Part shown: positions 1 through 8,843 of the stretch, piece by piece
Layout: every line of letters starts with the position of its first letter
Position numbering within the stretch: the first letter of the stretch is position 1
Source of the DNA: Gemmatimonadota bacterium
GTDB lineage: Bacteria; Gemmatimonadota; Gemmatimonadetes; Gemmatimonadales; GWC2-71-9
NCBI GenBank assembly: GCA_041500125.1
Contig: JBGQLP010000006.1
Span: forward strand, 1,452-65,451
Direction: 5' to 3'
DNA length: 64,000 bases
The notes under the pieces: generated by a model
Told to the model about the DNA's origin: nothing
Seen by the model: only the letters and a program-made list of their open reading frames with translations
The model's database searches: none
Translations under genes and position numbers: made by a program

Positions 1-2
1 AG

Positions 3-1457
3 CGGATGCGGGGCGACGCGGTCCGGCTGGAGATCGCCGAGGCGGCCGATGAGCAGTTCGTGCAGCTATTGGTCAACGCCCTCGATCTCGACTCGAGAGA
101 CGTGTATCGGGTCGCTGGCCCAGTGGACCTCACCGTCTGCGCGGCGCTGCATCGGCTGGAGGGCTTCAGCGCCCTGAAAGACGAGCCATTGGTGCCCCGA
201 GTGCCGCCCGCGTTCAGCTCGGCAGACGACGTGTTCGATCTCATCCGGGGTCAGGATGTCCTGGTGCATCATCCGTATGAGTCGTTCGGATGCGTGGTGG
301 ATTTCATCGAGCGGGCGGCGGATGATCCCCAGGTCCTGGCCATCAAGCAGACGCTGTACCGCACCAGCGGCGCCAGCCCGATCATCCGAGCGTTAGAGCG
401 AGCCGCCCATAATGGCAAGCAGGTGACGGCGCTGGTCGAGCTCAGGGCCCGGTTCGACGAGCAGAACAACATCGTCTGGGCCCGGTCGCTGGAGCGGGCC
501 GGCGTGCACGTGGTCTACGGCGTGGTGGGACTCAAGACCCACTGCAAGGCATCGTTGGTGGTGCGGCGGGAAGCCGATGGCATTCGGCGCTACGTTCACC
601 TTTCCACCGGGAACTACAACCCCACTACCGCCAGGATCTACACCGACCTCGGTCTCTTCACGGCCAACCCGGATTTCGGGGAAGACGTGAGCGAGCTGTT
701 CAATCTCCTCACCGGATATTCGCAGGGCCGTCGTTGGCGTAAGCTCATGGTCGCGCCGCTCGGCTTGCGGGAGCAGGTGGTGGAGCTGATCGACCGGGAA
801 GGACGGAATGCGCAAGAAGGCCGGCCTTCGCGGATCATCGTCAAGATGAACGCATTGGTCGAGCCCACCGTCATCGATGCCCTCTACCGCGCTTCTAGTG
901 CTGGAGTAAGCATCGAGCTCGTCATCCGGGGAACCTGCTGCCTTCGGCCCGGTATATCTGGACTGTCGGAGACGATTCGGGTAACCAGCGTGGTAGACAA
1001 GTTCCTGGAGCACAGCCGGGTCTTCTACTTCGAGAACGGAGGCGACCCGGAAGTCCTGCTCGGAAGCGCGGACTGGATGCCCCGAAATTTCTTCCGCCGG
1101 ATCGAGGTCATGTTCCCGGTCGAAGACTCCCGGCTCAAGAGCCGGCTCACTGGCGAAATCTTCCAGGTCGTGTTGAACGACAACGTCAAGGCGCGGCAGC
1201 TCAATTCCGACGGGACCTATAGCCGCCTCGTGCCGGCCGAGGGTGAGATTGGCGTCCGGTCCCAGACCATCTTTCAGAGTCTGGCGCGGGAGTCTGCTCG
1301 CGAAGCCGGTGAGTCCGCGTTCCGCTTGGTGCCTATTCTAGGCCCATTGGATGCCGTCAGCGTCGAAGGCGACTCGAGCAATGGCAACGACTCGGCGAAG
1401 CCCTCGAAACCCCCGCGAGTGCGGTCCCGTAACCGCAAGACGCCGTCGCCGGCATGA
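3..1457 (+). CDS. ppk1: Polyphosphate kinase 1, 5'-truncated by the window edge
   Basis: Motifs LVHHPYESF, AIKQTLYRTS, ELRARFDE, GLKTHCK, HLSTGNYN, VDKFLEHSRVFYF, GSADWMPRNFFRRIE. The frame is open from the window edge. Confidence 0.96.
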   Translation, partial: RMRGDAVRLEIAEAADEQFVQLLVNALDLDSRDVYRVAGPVDLTVCAALHRLEGFSALKDEPLVPRVPPAFSSADDVFDLIRGQDVLVHHPYESFGCVVDFIERAADDPQVLAIKQTLYRTSGASPIIRALERAAHNGKQVTALVELRARFDEQNNIVWARSLERAGVHVVYGVVGLKTHCKASLVVRREADGIRRYVHLSTGNYNPTTARIYTDLGLFTANPDFGEDVSELFNLLTGYSQGRRWRKLMVAPLGLREQVVELIDREGRNAQEGRPSRIIVKMNALVEPTVIDALYRASSAGVSIELVIRGTCCLRPGISGLSETIRVTSVVDKFLEHSRVFYFENGGDPEVLLGSADWMPRNFFRRIEVMFPVEDSRLKSRLTGEIFQVVLNDNVKARQLNSDGTYSRLVPAEGEIGVRSQTIFQSLARESAREAGESAFRLVPILGPLDAVSVEGDSSNGNDSAKPSKPPRVRSRNRKTPSPA

Positions 1458-1954
1458 AGCTGGTGATCATCCGGCATGGGCCGGCCGGAGATCGCGCCGA
1501 GTGGGAAGCTGAGGGACGCGACGACCGCCTGCGGCCGCTCACCTCGGAAGGCAAGAAGGAGATGCGGCGGGTGGCCAAGGGGTTGGCGACGCTGCTGTCC
1601 CGGATTGACATGCTGGCCACCAGCCCGCTGGTTCGAGCGGTCCAGACCGCGGAGATCGTTGCGTCCCGGTATGAGTGCGAGACGGTGACGGTGGAGGCTC
1701 TCGCTCCGGGGCATGATCCCGAACAGGTGGTGAAATGGCTCCGCAGCCAGCGGGGTGACACCATTGCCATCGTCGGCCACGAGCCCGACCTGAGCACATT
1801 GGGGTGCTATCTGCTGGCCGGGGAGCCGTCGTCGTTTCTGACCTTAAAGAAGAGTGGCGCGTGTCTGCTCGAGCTGAACGAGCCACCGGTTCCCGGCAAC
1901 GCCACGTTGGAGTGGCTGCTGATCCCTCGCGTGCTGAAGCGACTGGCGGAGTAG
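1454..1954 (+). CDS. sixA: Phosphohistidine phosphatase SixA (histidine phosphatase family)
   Basis: IIRHG, RPLT, SPLVRAVQTA and IVGHEPDL motifs; ATGA overlap with ppk1. Confidence 0.9.
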   Translation: MKLVIIRHGPAGDRAEWEAEGRDDRLRPLTSEGKKEMRRVAKGLATLLSRIDMLATSPLVRAVQTAEIVASRYECETVTVEALAPGHDPEQVVKWLRSQRGDTIAIVGHEPDLSTLGCYLLAGEPSSFLTLKKSGACLLELNEPPVPGNATLEWLLIPRVLKRLAE

Positions 1955-1955
1955 C

Positions 1956-3032
1956 ATGAGCGTGCGACTCCCCTCCGATCTGCTGCGGCGGTCGGCCGAA
2001 GAAGGCTCCCGGCTCGTGGCCTTGACGTACCTCGATGAGATCGGTTTGGCCGACCGGCGTCTGGCCGATCCCCAGGATTCGGAGGCTCTGCACGATTTCC
2101 GAGTGGGTCTCCGCCGGCTGCGCAGCTGCACCCGTGCCTATCGCTCCCAGCTCAAGGGCAGCGTGACCAAGAAGCTGCGGCGTCGGCTGCGAGATCTGAC
2201 GCTTGCCACCAATCCGGGCCGTGATATCGAGGTGCAGTTGGAGTGGTTGCACCGGCAGGTCACGCGGCTTGGGCCGGGTGAAACCGAGGGCATGGCCTGG
2301 TTGATTGGACGGCTGGAAGGCCGGAGATACGAGAGCATCGACCAGGTAACCGCTGAAATCGGCCGGCGATTCCTCAAGACGGCCGGCAAGCTCCGACCCC
2401 GACTGGGGACATTTCAGATGGAGGTGAGGACCGGCAGGGAACCAAAGCCGGCATCCTTCGGCGAGGTGACCGGTCAGCTGGTCCAGGGCATTGCCGGAGA
2501 GCTGTCTGAGTGCTTGGAGGCGGTGGGAAGTCCGGAGCAGGTCTCCGAAGCCCACTCGGCTCGGATTCGGGCCAAACGGCTACGCTATCTGCTGGAGCCG
2601 CTGTCCCGGCGGGTGGCCGGAGCCAAGACGCTCGTGGGACGGCTGAAGCAGCTTCAGGACCTGCTGGGTCAGGTTCACGACATGCAGGTCATCATCCAGG
2701 AAATCGAATCGTCGCTGACCGCGCTCTCCAGAGGCGCTCCTGACCGGCCGCTTGCAGCTAAGCCCGGGCTGGAGGCACTCCGCCATCTGGCAAGTGAGGA
2801 AGCTGGAGTTTCGTTCGCCAGATTCCAGGCCGATTGGAGCCACGATCGGGCAGCCCGGTTTCTGTCCCGAACTGATGAATTGGGCCGGACATTGGCTGGA
2901 AGCATGCCGGCCGAGGGCGAGTCCAGCCCGACGAGGACGGTAATGCGGGAGGGAAACGGAAAACCCGTGTCGAACGGACAGAGTTCAAGCCACGGGTCAC
3001 CGGCATATTCGCAGAGCGTCGCTGCGAGATGA
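1956..3032 (+). CDS. CHAD-domain protein (polyphosphate-binding family)
   Basis: EALHDFRVGLRRLRS, HSARIRAKRLRYLLE and LQDLLGQVHD; follows ppk1-sixA. Confidence 0.9.
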   Translation: MSVRLPSDLLRRSAEEGSRLVALTYLDEIGLADRRLADPQDSEALHDFRVGLRRLRSCTRAYRSQLKGSVTKKLRRRLRDLTLATNPGRDIEVQLEWLHRQVTRLGPGETEGMAWLIGRLEGRRYESIDQVTAEIGRRFLKTAGKLRPRLGTFQMEVRTGREPKPASFGEVTGQLVQGIAGELSECLEAVGSPEQVSEAHSARIRAKRLRYLLEPLSRRVAGAKTLVGRLKQLQDLLGQVHDMQVIIQEIESSLTALSRGAPDRPLAAKPGLEALRHLASEEAGVSFARFQADWSHDRAARFLSRTDELGRTLAGSMPAEGESSPTRTVMREGNGKPVSNGQSSSHGSPAYSQSVAAR

Positions 3033-3035
3033 TGC

Positions 3036-3551
3036 TTATCTCTCGGCTTCGCCTTCCCCGACGGCAGCGGCAGCTTCGTTGATGCCCGACTCACCCAGCT
3101 CGGTGAGCTTTCTGTCGGCCGCTTCCTCTTCTTCGAGAGTCTGCTGTAACAGCTGCTCGGCCTGGGAGTAGCCCAGGAGCTGGGCGTAGGTACGGAGACA
3201 GCCATAGGCGGCAATCTCGTAGTGCTCCACCCGCTGAGCGGAGGCGATCAGCGCGGCGTCGATCACGGCCGGCTCACCATCCTCCTCCAGCACCTCTTTA
3301 CCTTCCTCCAGCAGCCCTTCCATGCCTTTGCACTTCTTGCCCCTGGCGGCCTGACCCAGCTCCCGGAAAATTCTCTCCAGCCGCTGGACCTGCCCCTCGG
3401 TCTCCTTCAAGTGCTTGGTAAAGGCCTGCTTAAGTTCGGGCGACTCTGCCGTCTTGGCCATCTTGGGCAGCGCCCGCAGAATCTGCTTCTCAGCGTTATA
3501 GACGTCCTTGAGCTCTTCGAGAAAGAGCTTCTCCAGTGAATCAAGACTCAT
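3036..3551 (-). CDS. yciF: Ferritin-like DUF892 / YciE-YciF stress protein
   Basis: LKDVYNAEKQILRALPKMA, HLKETEGQVQRLE, CKGMEGL and AQRVEHYEIAAYG. Confidence 0.92.
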   Translation of the reverse strand: MSLDSLEKLFLEELKDVYNAEKQILRALPKMAKTAESPELKQAFTKHLKETEGQVQRLERIFRELGQAARGKKCKGMEGLLEEGKEVLEEDGEPAVIDAALIASAQRVEHYEIAAYGCLRTYAQLLGYSQAEQLLQQTLEEEEAADRKLTELGESGINEAAAAVGEGEAER

Positions 3552-4525
3552 GTCGCACTCCTGGGATCATTGCCCGACCTCTTGGCCGCATCCTTCGCCT
3601 CGTTCTTCACCCGCCGGGCCGACTCTTTCACCTGCTGCTTGACCGTCTGTCCGGCCTGCTGCACCGCTTCCTTCATTTCGGGCGTGTGCTGCTCGATCTC
3701 AGCCTTCACCGTCTCCTTGACCTCGCGTCCAGCTTCGACCGCGGCATCCTTCACCCGGTCGGCAGTCTGCTCCGCCCGGTCCACCAGCTTGTCGCGCGCC
3801 GGGCCCATGAGGTCGTCTTCCCGCTGGGTGCCGGGCAGCAGTAGTCCGAGTGCCAGTCCCACCACTGCGGCCCCGATGGCGACGGCAAGGGGATTTTCCT
3901 CGGCCTGATGCTGCAGGTTGGTCTTGATCCGCCGGGTCTGGACCCGCGCCTGGCCACCGAGCTCGCCGATCTTTTCTCCCGCCCGATCCTTGAGCTCGCC
4001 GGCCCGGTCAGCAACGCCGCTGGCTGCTTCGCTCACACTGTCCTTCGCTTCGCTGACGGCACTGCCGACCCGTCCTCTGATCCCCGTGCCACTCTGCCGG
4101 CCCTCACCCTGACGCCGCTCGGGCCCGGTGTAGGCGTAGCGAGCCATCCGGTCTCCGGAGAATTCGCTGCGCGAGCGCTGAGTCAGCAGCCAGGTGACCC
4201 CAGCCCCGACGGCGATTACCGGCAAGGGGTTCTCCCGAATGACCTCCACCAGGCGGGACCCGGTACGCCGAGCCTGCTCGCCGACGTTGGAGACCGCGCC
4301 GTGAGCCGCGTCCTTGATGGCGGTCTTGGCCTCTTCCTTCAGGTTTTGTGGACTGAGCCGGTTGCCCAGCTCGTCGATCTCCCGGCTCAAACGGGTGCGA
4401 GTCTGCTCGATCTCCCGCTCGATCTGTTCGGGACTCTTGTCACCCCGGGCGCCTACCTCGGAACCAACTTCCTGGGCCGACGGCTCATAGGCGAGCCCGC
4501 GATTCTGCTGTTCGTACTCACTCAT
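3548..4525 (-). CDS. DUF3618-domain membrane-associated stress protein
   Basis: N-terminal PEQIEREIEQTRTRLSREIDEL, two ENPL-hydrophobic segments and an Ala/Lys/Glu-rich tail. Start taken at the ATG overlapping the upstream stop. Confidence 0.8.
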   Translation of the reverse strand: MSEYEQQNRGLAYEPSAQEVGSEVGARGDKSPEQIEREIEQTRTRLSREIDELGNRLSPQNLKEEAKTAIKDAAHGAVSNVGEQARRTGSRLVEVIRENPLPVIAVGAGVTWLLTQRSRSEFSGDRMARYAYTGPERRQGEGRQSGTGIRGRVGSAVSEAKDSVSEAASGVADRAGELKDRAGEKIGELGGQARVQTRRIKTNLQHQAEENPLAVAIGAAVVGLALGLLLPGTQREDDLMGPARDKLVDRAEQTADRVKDAAVEAGREVKETVKAEIEQHTPEMKEAVQQAGQTVKQQVKESARRVKNEAKDAAKRSGNDPRSAT

Positions 4526-4941
4526 GACCGTTGCTCCTTTGCCCATTGAACGTCCTCTTTGATGGACTGGACGTCGTCTTTGATGTTTTCGACGGTTCGG
4601 CGGGGGGCGATATCCACCCGCTTCAGCTCATTCAATCCGCGCTTGAGCATGAGGTAGCCGGCAACGGCCAGCACGACCCCAACGATCAGCGCGGAAACCG
4701 CGAGCGAGATATTCGCCAGGTCGTGCAGTGCCAGGATCAGCGCCGCTACCAGGGCCAGCCCTCCCACATAGGCCACGAACCCTCCCGCCGCTACCGAGAT
4801 CAGGTTGGCAGTGAAGCGGGAAAGTTTTTCGCTGATCTCGCTCCGGGCCAGCTGGATCTCCTGGCGAACCAGGAGGGTCACATCCTGGCTGAGCTGGCCA
4901 AACAGCTCGCCGATGCTGCGCTCCTGCCTAAGCTCCGGCAT
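4522..4941 (-). CDS. Phage-holin-like family membrane protein (non-phage stress-cluster type)
   Basis: RSIGELFGQLSQDVTLLVRQEIQLARSE, two TM helices and PRRTVENIKDD; GGAGG RBS before ATG 4941. Confidence 0.85.
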   Translation of the reverse strand: MPELRQERSIGELFGQLSQDVTLLVRQEIQLARSEISEKLSRFTANLISVAAGGFVAYVGGLALVAALILALHDLANISLAVSALIVGVVLAVAGYLMLKRGLNELKRVDIAPRRTVENIKDDVQSIKEDVQWAKEQRS

Positions 4942-5449
4942 AACCGCCTCCCCGGGATCCCTGGCCCGAGAACGGCTGGTCGTAGCCGGTATAGCCGAAC
5001 CGGCGTTCACTGTCCCGACCCTGACCGATACGCCGAGCGCCCTGACCCCGCCCTGAGCTCTTGAGGAAGCGGGCGCCGATCAGACCAAGCACAAGGGCGC
5101 CACCGAGCATGAGCGCCGGCTGTCGGCGAGCCAGGTTTTCCAGATCCTGCTTCATGGCCCGAGCGTCCTTCGTCCGCAGGTAGTTCGCCAGCTGGTCCAC
5201 CTGGCGGGCTACGGTCGCGGTCAGTCCCGCGATCCGTTGCTGGTCCTCGGAGCGGAGATGCTCGGTAGTACGGCGCAGCGCGTCCGCCACGGTGCCGAAC
5301 TGGTCGGCGATCTGACTCTTGCTCTCCCCCAGGCTGGAGGAGGCTCGGTCCCGGGCTTGCTGGAACGTCTTCTTGGTCTGGTCCACCACCTGATCCTTCA
5401 CCTCCCGGATCTGTTCCCGGGCGCTGGATTGGGCATTTGCCATCGTCAT
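4928..5449 (-). CDS. Hypothetical helical stress-cluster protein with C-terminal membrane anchor
   Basis: AGGAG RBS; coiled N-terminus, then ARRQPALMLGGALVLGLIGARFLKSS; first gene of the operon. Confidence 0.75.
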   Translation of the reverse strand: MTMANAQSSAREQIREVKDQVVDQTKKTFQQARDRASSSLGESKSQIADQFGTVADALRRTTEHLRSEDQQRIAGLTATVARQVDQLANYLRTKDARAMKQDLENLARRQPALMLGGALVLGLIGARFLKSSGRGQGARRIGQGRDSERRFGYTGYDQPFSGQGSRGGGYAGA

Positions 5450-5600
5450 CGTTCACTCCTTTGATCTGACCGTTCGCTACTATCCCTCCAGCCGCCGTGT
5501 TCCGGCGGACCTGAGCGATCATGATATTGCCGGTCTGGTCGAAACCGGCGAAATCGGCATGAGCCGCTTGAACGCACCCACAAGAAGCGATGGGATCACG

Positions 5601-5623
5601 TGTGATGCGGTGTCACAGATCAC
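5601..5623. promoter_or_regulatory. Possible operator: TGTGA-N7-TCACA overlapping GTGAT-N12-ATCAC
   Basis: Nested inverted repeats about 150 nt upstream of the stress operon. The spacer is one base longer than the CRP consensus. Confidence 0.25.
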
Positions 5624-5653
5624 GATTTGCTCGCTTTGCTCGGTCGCGACTAC

Positions 5654-5696
5654 AAAAGAACTGGGGCCCAAGGTCACAATCGACCTTGGGCCCCAG
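5654..5696 (-). terminator. Intrinsic terminator
   Basis: Perfect 15-bp stem CTGGGGCCCAAGGTC/GACCTTGGGCCCCAG, 6-nt loop, followed by TTCTTTT on the minus strand. Confidence 0.8.
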
Positions 5697-5735
5697 ACCT
5701 GACTTGGTCCGGAGTTGCCGGACCATACTCACCAG

Positions 5736-6083
5736 CTAGCGAGGACGACCGCGCGGTGACATTCTGTCCACTTCGAATTCACTCATCCGATCGGCGTCGA
5801 CATCGTGCTGACCGGTAATGCGGTGCCAGGCGTCGCGGACGGCACTCTTCATGCTTTCCCAGGTGCTGCCGGCGCCACGTCTTCCCTCGAACTTTTCCCA
5901 TCCGGACTTCAGGTCGGACTCTACCTCATCCCACTCGCGACCCATGTGATGCTGACCCGACTCGAACCCGTACTGATAGGCCGGACGAAAGTCATCGTAG
6001 TTGCGGCCGGTGGCGTAAGGCCTCGAGCTGAAATTGTTGCGCCACCAATTGTCCTCATCGTTCCAGGTTCTATTCTGCGTCAT
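5736..6083 (-). CDS. Conserved hypothetical Trp-rich small protein
   Basis: AAGGAGG RBS before ATG 6083; WWRNNFSSRPY...RPAYQYG...WDEVESDLKSGWE...VRDAWHR. Confidence 0.75.
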   Translation of the reverse strand: MTQNRTWNDEDNWWRNNFSSRPYATGRNYDDFRPAYQYGFESGQHHMGREWDEVESDLKSGWEKFEGRRGAGSTWESMKSAVRDAWHRITGQHDVDADRMSEFEVDRMSPRGRPR

Positions 6084-6167
6084 TCTTTCCTCCTTGGGAT
6101 CGGTGTCTACTTCCAAGGACCCGTAGAGTAGCAATGACGGTTTGAGAAGGTCGTGATCCTCGTCACG

Positions 6168-6884
6168 TCACGAAGGGTCAGCGAGGATCTGTTTCAGCTC
6201 TTGCGCCGCTGCTGGCCCGGTCGGACTCCCCTCCTCGTGCTTGAGGAAGACGTAAGCCTCGCTCCATGGCTGGCCCCGAATCCGCTTGCCCCATTGCTCC
6301 AGCGTGGAAACGTCATAGGACGACCGGCGCAGCCGGAGATAACCCCACGATGCCGTGGGCACGAGCGGCGACCCGGCTCCCTCGGCGTCATCCTCGTCAA
6401 CGGCTACGAGGGCGACGTCCCGGCCCCGGAGCAGCTGATACACCTCGTCATCGAACCAGGTAGGGTGGCGAAACTCCATCGCAGCCGGCCAGCGGCGGGG
6501 GAGCCGTCCCAGAAACTTCTGCAGCCGATTCAGGTCCTTCTTGAGTGTCGGAGGCAACTGAAAGAGGGTTGGACCCAGGCGCTCTCCCAGAGGATTCACC
6601 GCTCGAAGGAAGTAATCCAGCGAGCCGTCCTCGTCAGCCAGACGAGCGTTGTGAGTGATCCGCCTGGAGGCCTTGAGTACGAACCGGAACTGGTCCGGTA
6701 CCTGCTCTGCCCAGCTCGTCAAGACCCGCTCGTTCGGAATCCGATAGAACGAGTTGTTGACTTCCACGGTGGGGAACCGGGCGGCGTAGAAACGAAGCAT
6801 CTCCTCCGCCGGAAACTTCTCTGGGTAGAAGCTTCCTTTCCATTCTTTGTACGACCAGCCGCTGGTGCCGACGAGGATTCTCAG
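6168..6884 (-). CDS. DUF72-domain protein (probable CTG start)
   Basis: The conserved N-terminus RILVGTSGWSYKEWKGSFYP lies upstream of the track ATG and is preceded by an in-frame stop; also TVEVNNSFYRIP, KASRRITH, LFQLPP, EFRHPTW and YLRLR. Confidence 0.9.
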   Translation of the reverse strand: MRILVGTSGWSYKEWKGSFYPEKFPAEEMLRFYAARFPTVEVNNSFYRIPNERVLTSWAEQVPDQFRFVLKASRRITHNARLADEDGSLDYFLRAVNPLGERLGPTLFQLPPTLKKDLNRLQKFLGRLPRRWPAAMEFRHPTWFDDEVYQLLRGRDVALVAVDEDDAEGAGSPLVPTASWGYLRLRRSSYDVSTLEQWGKRIRGQPWSEAYVFLKHEEGSPTGPAAAQELKQILADPS

Positions 6885-7714
6885 ACTTCCCTACTCAACT
6901 GCTGATAGGACCTGAGATGGCGAAGGGCCGCCGACCGTCGGCCCATCTGCTCGTAGAGCCGAGCCAGGTTGAAATGCGCGTCGGCAAACTCGGGGTCGTC
7001 TCGGAGAACCCGGCGGTAGGCCTCGATGGCAGCGCCCCACTCACCCAGCTCCTCGAGCGCGGTGCCCAGATTGAAGGCCGCGGTGGGATCCATCCTGCCG
7101 GCCTCCAGCGAGCGGCGATAGTGATCGGCGGCCTCTGCGGTTCGTCCGGCCAGCTGAAGCAAGCGGCCCAGATTGACGTGGGCTTCGGTGAGTTCGGGCT
7201 CAAGAGCCAACGCCTTCGCGTAAGCGCTGCAGGCCTCCTCCGGAGCAGCGGCCTCGAGGTCGACGCCGAGATCGAACCATTCGGAGGCGGTCAACGCCGC
7301 AGTGGCCTGGCGAGCCGACCGGACAATCCTGCGCGCCACGGGACCGGCGCGCCGGGTGAGCTCGCGGACGGGGAAGTCGATCTGGAGCTGTCCGGATTCA
7401 GGGTTCCACGCTGTCCCCTCATCTCGCACCATCACTCGATGCCCCTCGGCAGTGATCCGGAGCTCACTGAGTGAGTGGCCTATCGGCAACAGTCGGGCGA
7501 GCCCCTGGAGTGCACTCCGGATCCGGCGGGGCGGTACCCGGGCCTGTGCCAGCTCGCGCGCAGTACGGAGGAGAACGAGATCCTGGAAGGAGAAGCGGTA
7601 GCCGTTGTGGGGCCCGCGGTCCGGGGTGAGGAATCCGGCCCGTGCCTGGGAGCGGACCTGGGGCTCGGACAGACCCAGCAGTCTGGCGACGTCGCGGGTC
7701 GAGTACGACTTCAT
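6881..7714 (-). CDS. MerR-type HTH plus tetratricopeptide-repeat protein
   Basis: YSTRDVARLLGLSEPQVR...YRFSFQDLVLLR; C-terminal TPRs (EAHVNLGRLL, TAAFNLGTALEELG, DAHFNLARLYE). Confidence 0.85.
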   Translation of the reverse strand: MKSYSTRDVARLLGLSEPQVRSQARAGFLTPDRGPHNGYRFSFQDLVLLRTARELAQARVPPRRIRSALQGLARLLPIGHSLSELRITAEGHRVMVRDEGTAWNPESGQLQIDFPVRELTRRAGPVARRIVRSARQATAALTASEWFDLGVDLEAAAPEEACSAYAKALALEPELTEAHVNLGRLLQLAGRTAEAADHYRRSLEAGRMDPTAAFNLGTALEELGEWGAAIEAYRRVLRDDPEFADAHFNLARLYEQMGRRSAALRHLRSYQQLSREV

Positions 7715-7756
7715 GAACTAAACAATGTACTACGGTGGGCGGGATGTCACCGCCTT

Positions 7757-8626
7757 CTACCCTCGTCCGCCGGCCTTCCGTTTCTTGGGGGCGGCGTCGG
7801 CTTCGTCCGCCTTGGCTCCGACCCGCTTGGCCGGCTTCTTCTCTTCAGTGCTGGTGCCCCGCTTGGCCAGGCTCGCTTTGAGCGCGTCCATCAGGTCGAT
7901 GATCTTGGTTTCCGTTGGAGCGGCTTCGGATGTGATCTCCTGGCCTTCCACTTTGTTCTGGATGGCTTCGAGCACCCGGTCCCGAACCGTGTCGTGGTAG
8001 TTCTCCGGCCGGAACTCGTCGGTCGCGGTTTGCTCGATCAGCTGCCGTGCCAGGGCCAGCTCGGCCTCCTTGACCGGCGTCTCCGGATGAGGCACCTCCG
8101 CCGCCGGCCGCAGCTCGGCAGCGTAGTGCAGCTGCTCCATGACCAGCACCCCGTCCAGCGGGCGCACCAAGACCAGATGCTGTTTGCCTCGGGCAGAGTA
8201 CTGGCCCAGCGCGGCACGGCCGGTGTCCTTCAACGCCTCGCCCAGTAACCGGTAGGCCCGATCGCCCCCCTTGTCGGGGCCGAGGTAATACACTTTCTCC
8301 AGATAGATCCGGTCGACCGCCGCGAGCGGCACGAATTCCACGATATCGATCGAGTTGGTGGCCTTCTCGTCGAGGGCCTTGATCTCTTCCGGCGTGAACA
8401 GCACGAACTGGCCTTTGGCGAATTCGTATCCCTTGGCAATGTCGTCCTTTTCGACCACCCCGCCTTCTTTGGGGCAGATGTATTGCTGCTTCAGCCGGGT
8501 GCCGCAGGCCTTATGCACCATGTTGAAACTGACCGTGGCGGACGATTCGCTGGCGGAGTAGAGAGACACCGGGACTGAGACCAGCCCGAACGAGATGGTT
8601 GCGGTTCCAATTGGACGTGGCGGCAT
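7757..8626 (-). CDS. ku: NHEJ DNA end-binding protein Ku
   Basis: TISFGLVSVPVSLYSA, KGYEFAKGQFV, IDIVEFVP, IYLEKVYYLGP, KIIDLMDALKASL and a basic tail. Confidence 0.96.
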   Translation of the reverse strand: MPPRPIGTATISFGLVSVPVSLYSASESSATVSFNMVHKACGTRLKQQYICPKEGGVVEKDDIAKGYEFAKGQFVLFTPEEIKALDEKATNSIDIVEFVPLAAVDRIYLEKVYYLGPDKGGDRAYRLLGEALKDTGRAALGQYSARGKQHLVLVRPLDGVLVMEQLHYAAELRPAAEVPHPETPVKEAELALARQLIEQTATDEFRPENYHDTVRDRVLEAIQNKVEGQEITSEAAPTETKIIDLMDALKASLAKRGTSTEEKKPAKRVGAKADEADAAPKKRKAGGRG

Positions 8627-8843
8627 ATGGTCCCATATATCCCGCAAATTGGAAGCCCGCAAGGACGGAGCCGTCCTCTGAGCACGGAACCATTTGCATG
8701 CCATTTGGTTGCTGGTTTGAGCCGGGACGGACCTGTCGCGCCGGCGCCTCACGCATCGCGCGGCTGGTCTTTCATTTCGTATAGTTTCATCGGGAGACCG
8801 ACGTCCTCTTTTCTCCGGCCGGATTCAGCGGCACTTTCCAGTC

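Noticed and set aside
4522-4941. Holin-like gene as a prophage marker
   Set aside because: No phage structural, lysis or integrase genes nearby; context is a stress operon.
5495-5505. GGAAC boxes upstream of several stress genes (also near 23325 and 41795) as a shared ECF promoter
   Set aside because: The downstream -10 regions do not agree, so no consensus can be supported.
8676-8712. Sigma-54-like TGGCA motifs near ku and near 21710
   Set aside because: GG to GC spacing does not match the strict -24/-12 geometry.
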